Assembly (NCBI RefSeq): GCF_031769215.1
Contig: NW_026782027.1
Span: 248,001 to 312,000, forward strand
From: Ylistrum balloti
Taxonomy: Eukaryota
Direction of reading: 5' to 3'
Length of the DNA: 64,000 nucleotides
Shown in pieces: positions 56,538-64,000 of this stretch. Below the pieces are notes generated by a model. That model was not told the origin of the DNA and did no database searches. It saw only the letters and a list, made by a program, of their open reading frames with translations. Both the position numbers and the translations under genes were made by a program. Position 1 is the first letter of the stretch; each line of letters opens with the position of its first letter.

Positions 56538-56593
56538 ATTGGATCACACACTTCAAGACATTGTGTACAAACTAGTACCAGGCTTATTCAAAG
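56538..56593 (+). CDS. BMI1: BMI1-like coding exon 3 (LDHTLQDIVYKLVPGLFK)
   Basis: TTTGCTTTAG acceptor, G|GTGAGT donor, 56 nt. Carries the PCGF signature motif. Confidence 0.97.
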
Positions 56594-57537
56594 GTGAGTA
56601 TTTCGTATCATGCTACAATACAAATATCGTCAAAACACAACAGATTTAGACCAAAGGAAGCTATAGTTTAGATGTTAACTTTGTCTGAATTTTTTCAACA
56701 TTCACGGTCTTTAATTACATCGTAAAATTTCCATTCCTGATATGTCTAATTTTTTTCAAGAACATCGGTTTTATGCTGTAATACCTGCAATGCAACTCAC
56801 CGAAGTGAATAAGTGAAAAAAAACGTATTGTATTAGTAGCTATCGTCAGGTAATCGAATACATATCACATACATAACGTTATTGCTAGTTACTGCTCCTC
56901 TGTAGCAAAGTGTTATGGTAGTGTTGTTTCCCTGATGTGGTTACAATATCACGCAGGCAGGCAAGTTTGTTACTAATAATTGAGAAAGGCAGATAATATA
57001 ATTTATATTCTAACGACTGGGATATGTCGAACGATGTTCGGTGCTTACAGCGCCAGTTAATGACATGCGCGTGACGTCAATTTTACCATTTAAAACTAAA
57101 TACACTCTTTTTCAAAACGAGGCATGTTGGCTATTGCCTGAGAGGATACACCGTGCAGGTAGTTACGGCTAACGAGAATGTTAGCTGCTGCATTTCCTTC
57201 TTGGTGGAGTGGAGTATATGTGTGCAATGTGCGCGCGTCTTAGATAAAAATTTCGTTATATTTAACACGGTGATGTTGTGTATATTAAAAGAGGACTGGG
57301 TTCATATACTGAAGTGACAATTCATGACAGAGTGTAATAAGATTATTCAAAGAATATATGATATGCAATGACTAATGGTTTAATCTCTGAATTATTTTGG
57401 TTTTTTAAAACATTTCTGATCTTTTTACTTACTAACTTAGTGGATAAGGCTTTTGAAATATCTTACAAATGAATTGTGCTTTATTGATCTTAAAAAGATG
57501 GTGTATACTCCGTGTTAATTTAATTTTCCTTTTCTAG

Positions 57538-57585
57538 ACGAAATGACAAGGCGTAGAGAATTTTATAAAGACCAACCAAACGATG
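57538..57585 (+). CDS. BMI1: BMI1-like coding exon 4 (DEMTRRREFYKDQPND)
   Basis: TTTTCTAG acceptor, G|GTAAGA donor. Matches BMI1 NEMKRRRDFY. Confidence 0.95.
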
Positions 57586-57814
57586 GTAAGATTTTGATAT
57601 TACTTTAGTGATTTTTGTAATCGTGAATATTTTATAGGAAATTCGTGATCATCGAATTTCAACAGCAGTGTGTTTTGGTGCCTTGACGGAATTAATAAAA
57701 AAATAACTTCAAAACATTTGTTAATCGGTATACAATAAGGCCGTGATCTACATCGAAAATCATAATATTCCATAGACGTCAATATAAAAATAGGCGCATC
57801 TGTTTCAATTTTAG

Positions 57815-57953
57815 CGAACGCTGTATTGGAATTACGTGGTAAGGCACGAAGTCCAGGAACATGTATCGGAGACGATGAGGAAGATGAACAGAGAGAACGG
57901 GTTATCTACTCAGAAGATGAACAAATAAGTCTAGCCCTACAGCTAAGTATCAA
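57815..57953 (+). CDS. BMI1: BMI1-like coding exon 5 (linker and RAWUL start: ANAVLELRGKARSPGTCIGDDEEDEQRERVIYSEDEQISLALQLSI)
   Basis: TTTTAG acceptor and AA|GTACGT donor keep frame with the neighbouring exons. EDEQISLAL resembles BMI1 DDEIISLSI. Confidence 0.88.
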
Positions 57954-59440
57954 GTACGTACCTGTCTTTCTATTTTAAAGATATATAGAGTAAATATCTT
58001 AAGAACATCCTTAAACTTTACCGAGGACAATAGTTCATTACACATAACACTGAAAGGAGGTTAACGAATATCAAACTTGTGTTTTTTTTTAAGTAAATGG
58101 CCTATTATCTTATTATTATCATCACTTTTAAACATTAGATTTTGATGTGTTATTTATTATGTTAACTTAAAGACTACTTCATGAATAATTAAATTAGTGT
58201 TTAAATAGCAATAGTAATTATCTTAGTAATGAACGGTAACTGACGATTCTAATGTAAGAAAAGGAGTTTTCACAAATTAGCGGATGAAAACTCGCAAGAA
58301 ACAAGAGGAATTAACAAATAATGTCATTCGAAGAGTTCTGCTATCATAATGTTAATAGATTTGTAAGAAAAAGAATTAAAAAAAAAGTAAAGATTGTTAA
58401 AATAAAATATGATATGTATGATATTAATAATGACATGTGCTTTGTGTATCGCATAATAAGAATATTGAATACATGGCCGATTTGATTCCTCTTTGGTATT
58501 GTAGTTAGAAATATCCTACATTTTACTTTCAGTATATTTGTGTGAAGATGCATGGAGAGTATAGCAATTCACATTGTTCAATAAGAAACAAATTGACCAT
58601 AATTATACCAATGCACTAGCCTTAAGATAAACCCGAGATTAAAAAAATGAGTCACTTCTATGCTAACTATCAAGTAAATTCTATAAGTGGGACCCCTAAG
58701 GAAAACCCGAGAAAGATGTTGTACGGAAATATTCCAAAGCTCTTGTCGCATCGTCTCTGTCGATTGCTTGTAATCTATAATATCAGATCCAGAATTTCAA
58801 GTTCTTTGTGTCTAATAGGAAAATACCGATATAAATATAATAAACTGATAAAATGATATGAAATAATATTAATTATGAAATAATACTTTTTATGTAAAAC
58901 CAAAAAGCGTCTAGAGCGAATGTGATGGACTAAGTCTTCTACCGATACATATATATATTTATGAATAGCTCGAATAGGAATAGAAGATAACACTTACATT
59001 TTTCCTGGTAACTATTTGATGTATATGGTTTCTCTTTATTAGATATATTTCGAATCTTTGATTTCGAATTCAAGCTGTGACAACGTAGTATGCAGTGGCA
59101 ATAGTTATACAATATTGACCTATGACCTTTAATCCAATAGTTCGAACTGTCTCTTCAGTTCACGGCAACATTGATATAAACCAATGGAGTGAAACAAAAA
59201 CAAAAACAAACTATTATCTTAACACTGGGTGGCATTTATCAGTTAGCCGTAACTAACAGAATACAACTTCAGTGTAAGCGCTTCTGGTTGATGGCCAAGA
59301 ATAGACCACAAAGATATAAGATATGAACAAAAGTGTCTATACAAACACTAAAAGAACTTTGTTTAAGAATACGTGCATTAATAATGTACATCAGTTGCTG
59401 GAAAACATCATTATTTATGTTTTATTCTCTTCATTACCAG

Positions 59441-59495
59441 TGGCAGACCACCCAGCAGAAGTATTGCAGAAAACGGTAAAGACGTCAAAAGCAAC
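59441..59495 (+). CDS. BMI1: BMI1-like coding exon 6 (NGRPPSRSIAENGKDVKSN)
   Basis: CTCTTCATTACCAG acceptor, AAC|GTAAGT donor. The phase 2-to-0 transition is exactly what is needed to join exons 5 and 7. Confidence 0.85.
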
Positions 59496-60879
59496 GTAAG
59501 TGTCGTTTCTGATCATAGTGAGACGCTGAGCATATCCAAATGATAATCTTCTGTTTTGATATATTATTCTTCGTCTGTCTACAATGCAATAAATATCCGA
59601 GGTTTTTTTTTTGTTATGGAAAAGGTATATCTATTTTTGTATTTATAATTTCAAACACGAGCATTATCTTCCTGAAACAAAAATGAAAATTATATCAGAT
59701 AATGCACATGCTGAGATAAGTATTTTGTTAAAACATATCATGAACATCCTAGGTCCGAATAAAATCAAAACGAATAGATCAAAGGTTAATTGTTACCCTA
59801 AAAAATATAGCTGGCTAAATTCATAACTAAATAACTCATCCTGAAATTAATGTTGTAACACAATAAATAATAATTTTCCAAAATCGTACCTCAGGGCCTT
59901 TCCATCGTCGTCAAACTTAATAATATTGAATGTGGATTGGATATTCTTCCATTTTGTTACTCAAATCTGCTTTAATTATCATACAAATTACAAAATGTGG
60001 AATCTGATGTTCATGATTATTGATATACGTTAATATGTAAAATTCGCTTGAACAATTAGTGTGTTTTATTAATTCTGAGTCAAATGTCATTAGAGGGTGT
60101 CCTTATAACATGTATTATATATGTTGGCATATTAAAGGGTTTTTATTTCATCCGTATCAACAACAGCGATACCTATGTACAGTAAATGGATGCTTATTTC
60201 GTTCCAATTAAGCAATATTGTTATTTACATACTATTTATGTATCTAATAAGCTGTATTACAGAATTCCACACCTTAGTGTTAAATGTCTGTAAAAACAAC
60301 AAATAATTGGATAGCTCCTTCCAATACAAATTTAGAATCAGCTACTGTGTAGCGAAAATATTAATTAAACTGACTAGTACTGCTAGGATTTGTAAGTGAT
60401 GATAAGGGCTTGAATGGGTGGACCATTTCAGACGACTGAGGAAGATCCAAATTGATCGACAGAAATGTCAAAAATCATATGGGGAGAAGCACTAACCCCA
60501 ATAAGTATAATCAATGTCATATTGAATTGTTTTTAAAAGTGCCTGTGTATGAATGAAAGCGAGGCATGCGTGTATGAATTAAAACTTGGCATGCAGGTTA
60601 CACTAAACCTCGGGGGACAAAAGTCGACTGGCGGTACCTACCACCTGCAATCCGAAGATTGTACCAAAGACACACAATTGAATAATGTATGTCTGCATGA
60701 TGTGTTCATACCAATAATTAATAATGTCCTGGTCAGGTATATGCGTGTTTTATGTTAAAAACTATTTTATGTAATCATGACTAATATCATTAGCAAGTCC
60801 GATGTGAAATGATTGAAGGACCAGGAAATAAAAGTGGGTTTCATATTCTAGGTAATTTATTTACCAATTTGCATCGCAG

Positions 60880-60978
60880 GTACATGACTGCCGCTACCTG
60901 CTGTGCCCTGCTGCTGTCACGATCGGGCATCTAAAGAAATTCATCAAGATGAAATTCAGCCTATGTGATAGATTCCAG
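60880..60978 (+). CDS. BMI1: BMI1-like coding exon 7 (RAWUL: VHDCRYLLCPAAVTIGHLKKFIKMKFSLCDRFQ)
   Basis: Matches BMI1 [30 protein letters not shown] donor, 99 nt. Confidence 0.96.
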
Positions 60979-61544
60979 GTAAATATGACGTTATTTAATA
61001 TATAGTTACCAAATGTATATCACCATCTGGCACAAGTCACATTTAAAAGTGTCACAGACCAAATCTTTCCCAATTTTCAAATCATTATTACCGATGTTTT
61101 TTATTTCCTCCTTACAATACATCGATATTTATAGAAATCCAACGTGACAACATTTTATCGGGATATACGGTAACTAAGACCGACTTTCAAGGACATAAGT
61201 AACGTCATTTGGTAAGAACATATTGAAACGAAGGGAAAATATTTTGTGATTTTGCAAATGTTTAAGATCATACGAAAAATATATCTAGTTCGATTCTTTT
61301 GGTAAGTGACACTTTTTAACTTTATTTAACATTTAAACACCAAATATAGCATCTTATAGAATATTCTTAATTATTATGAAACGGAAATTCTATCTTTAAA
61401 ATAAATTATCATTTGTCAACTACGTGCAAAATTGAAATAGTATAACTACTTCAACATATTCAATTGCAGATGCTTCACCAACATAAGCAAACGTTATTTA
61501 TCAATGGTGACTCTTCAGATATAACAATGCATATCATCTTGTAG

Positions 61545-61625
61545 GTCGATGTGTACCACACCGACGAATCACTTCGAGACGAATACACACTTATGGATGT
61601 GGCTTACATATATTTATGGAGAAGG
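61545..61625 (+). CDS. BMI1: BMI1-like coding exon 8 (RAWUL: VDVYHTDESLRDEYTLMDVAYIYLWRR)
   Basis: Matches BMI1 [36 protein letters not shown] donor, 81 nt. Confidence 0.97.
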
Positions 61626-62301
61626 GTGAGTAGATCTCCCGTTATTCTTTAAACGGCTTCTTCCTCTTTGATAATGGAAGTACAATAGTTACTTCTTTAT
61701 TATGCATTAATACCACACGGTTTCACCACATGTGCTTTGACGTCATAATGCCCGGATGTAATTATGTAATGGTACATTTTCGCGTTTGCCATACGTTTGA
61801 CTCTAGAGGCTCTCATCAGTATATAACGCCATTGTTAATATAACTGTTGTAGAGTGAAGTAAAATATGGTCGTTATACTTCGGCTATTATTTCCGTCTGT
61901 TGTGAGCGAATGTCACACTTTTCTTGTGATGACATGAGAGAGTCCTTGCCTACATCGCTGTTACAATCATCGCAAAAGAATGTTAAACAAAATAGGATTG
62001 ACGTACCAATTGTAAACACCAGATTGAGCAATTTCGTCATTATTTCCAAATTATTTCCTACTCGTATTTACGTTTAGAACTTCATTTCTAGACGTTCACT
62101 TTCGCTTTTACAAATTAAAGTCGTATCGATTTTATTGATTTTTGCCTTATTTTTCGTCAAATGTAAAACACCATTCATTACGAATGAGGTTTATGTATGG
62201 GTACCTAAAAGGCAATTTATCTAACAATAAATCTCCATTAATTTGTGTTCCGCTCGACATTCGTTAGACTGTCTTGTACTTACATTGCGGTCTAATTACA
62301 G

Positions 62302-63066
62302 AGAGGACCAATGAAGCTGTTCTATACGGTTTACACAAACCCCGCCAAACGGTTCAGGAAATCTCTCTCCTGCACAGTGACGTCACACATGACGTTGAAA
62401 TCATCTTCAAACAAGCGTGACATCGACATTGACAAGAAAACCACATCACAGGAATGTGCCATAGCTGCAGCATCTGCTGTCTTGTCAGCTACAAAGCCAT
62501 CTCCAGAAACAAAGGTAAAAGACCCCCCACACACAACAGAACCAACTGTCCCTAAATCGGTGGAACCGAGCAAAAGTCCAGTTGTATCCAGTACTGTAGT
62601 GACGTCATCGACTGCTGTAGAGAATGGATTTCATGCACCACACACACCAACTCCTCCATCTTCAACAGCCTCTCCTACAACCTGCGTGAGGAGAGAGGTA
62701 ACTAAAACTCCAGAAAAGACTGTACCGAAAGAACGAAACGGGACAAATCCGGTTGTTCTGACCACTCCGAGGTTAAACGGTATGAACTTGATATCTACTT
62801 ACACATTAATGAATGGGAACAGTCATATCAATAGACATGACAGCAACGAGGTAGCACAAGATCTGAGCATCAAAAAGAAAACTCCTTCAAAGGAGCCTAC
62901 AACCAACGGAAACAAACCGATGCCGCCAAAATCGAATGGACTTCTCCCAAATGGTGAGATTGATAGATTCGCCTTCACAGATGAGGACGATGATTTGCCA
63001 GTCCCACCCTTGAACAGTCATAAACTGCACCATCAAATCAAGGCCGAACCGGTTACAATAGACTGA
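62302..63066 (+). CDS. BMI1: BMI1-like terminal coding exon 9 (RGPMKLFYTVY + long S/T/P/K-rich tail, 254 aa)
   Basis: TTACAG acceptor. RGPMKLFY resembles BMI1 NGPLPLKY. Continuous ORF to TGA at 63064-63066. Confidence 0.93.
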   Translation, partial: RGPMKLFYTVYTNPAKRFRKSLSCTVTSHMTLKSSSNKRDIDIDKKTTSQECAIAAASAVLSATKPSPETKVKDPPHTTEPTVPKSVEPSKSPVVSSTVVTSSTAVENGFHAPHTPTPPSSTASPTTCVRREVTKTPEKTVPKERNGTNPVVLTTPRLNGMNLISTYTLMNGNSHINRHDSNEVAQDLSIKKKTPSKEPTTNGNKPMPPKSNGLLPNGEIDRFAFTDEDDDLPVPPLNSHKLHHQIKAEPVTID

Positions 63067-64000
63067 CACGTTACTAACACGTGATGGTCAGTGACCGGCA
63101 CGTGACTAATTATACCCGGAGAGGGTTGAACTTCTGTTGACGTATCGGCAGCTTTTGTGTTTGATATATTGATATGACACAAGCATTTTTGAGTAATAGT
63201 AAGGACTATTACACGAGGTAACTGATGTTTATTAAGTGCTATGCTGAATTGGATTCGAACTTATTCTTTTCTATATCGACTGCTTATGGTTCAGAATAAT
63301 TCGAGGTGATACTTATGCTTTGCGACTGGAATCGCAGTGCAGGAAATGAAAATGAGCGGATAAAACGTTCAATGAACTTTTGTATGTGTTAAATGTACTG
63401 AAATGAAGTATATTTTTTTCTGAGGAAGATTTGAAATGAAAGAGCATATGTGTTCTTATTTGAATATGCCTGTGATTCATTTGTGTAGACCTTTTCATTA
63501 AAAACTGTTACCGGAACCAATGTGATTGCTACATCAAGCAAGGATGAAAATATGTGCCATTCAGATAAGAATACATTTGAAACTATAGTGATATGTATTG
63601 CATTGCTGAAATACTGTGTTATATAAACTGGACAGAAACAAGCGAAGCTACGAAGAATGTTTGAATGAATTAGTGAGACGGAGACAATACTCGATAACAG
63701 TATTGTGCTACAGATTTTATCATTTATGAATCACTTTTGACTATAAATGTTTCTTGTTAAACTAAAATCACTTGCTATACCGTAACACGACTTTATGTTG
63801 AAACATTGCCAGGAATTACTGTTTTGCTTTAGATTGTGCTTGATTCGTTGTATATATATTTATTGGTTAGAAATGTAAGTGTACACAAGACTTCGTCACT
63901 TATCGAGGGTAAATGTGTTTCGAATGTTTTTTAACTTCTTATTAATATTTTATGGGGATTTATTTTGCAGCTTTTTCTTAGGTTGCTGTCACAAATTTCA
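63067..64000 (+). other. Probable 3' UTR of the BMI1-like gene
   Basis: AT-rich non-coding sequence after the stop. I noticed only a variant ATTAAA signal (63497-63502), so the UTR may extend beyond the window. Confidence 0.5.

Larger units (their letters stand above)
42091..63066 (+). other. BMI1: BMI1/PCGF4-like (Psc family) gene span: 9 coding exons, 1452-nt CDS, 483 aa
   Basis: Hand-spliced exons of 112+97+56+48+139+55+99+81+765 nt keep frame, and every intron is GT-AG. The N-terminus [88 protein letters not shown] is near-identical to vertebrate BMI1. It is probably co-orthologous to BMI1 and PCGF2. An acceptor at 42090/42091 implies an upstream UTR exon. Confidence 0.95.

Overview
AT-rich, intron-rich animal genomic DNA, not prokaryotic. 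It is probably from a lophotrochozoan and most resembles bivalve mollusc DNA (inferred from the repeat content). The one well-supported gene is a complete + strand BMI1/PCGF4 (Psc-like) Polycomb PRC1 RING-finger gene. It has 9 coding exons at 42130-63066, GT-AG introns throughout, and a 1452-nt CDS encoding 483 aa. The protein has a C3HC4 RING domain, a RAWUL domain and a ~245-aa low-complexity S/T/P/K tail carrying CtBP-like and SUMO-type motifs. The first 42 kb holds no recognisable protein gene. It contains candidate promoters and non-coding first exons (~7.6 kb and ~21.9 kb), a 1.6-kb 24-bp minisatellite with higher-order structure (the source of the long repetitive ORFs), several degenerate tandem repeats and microsatellites, five Penelope-like retroelement remnants (two of them inside the gene's first coding intron), two decayed LINE RT fragments and a MITE family. 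I found no CRISPR array, rRNA or tRNA, and no clear novel multi-gene system. The most interesting leads are regulatory and motif-level features of the BMI1-like gene.
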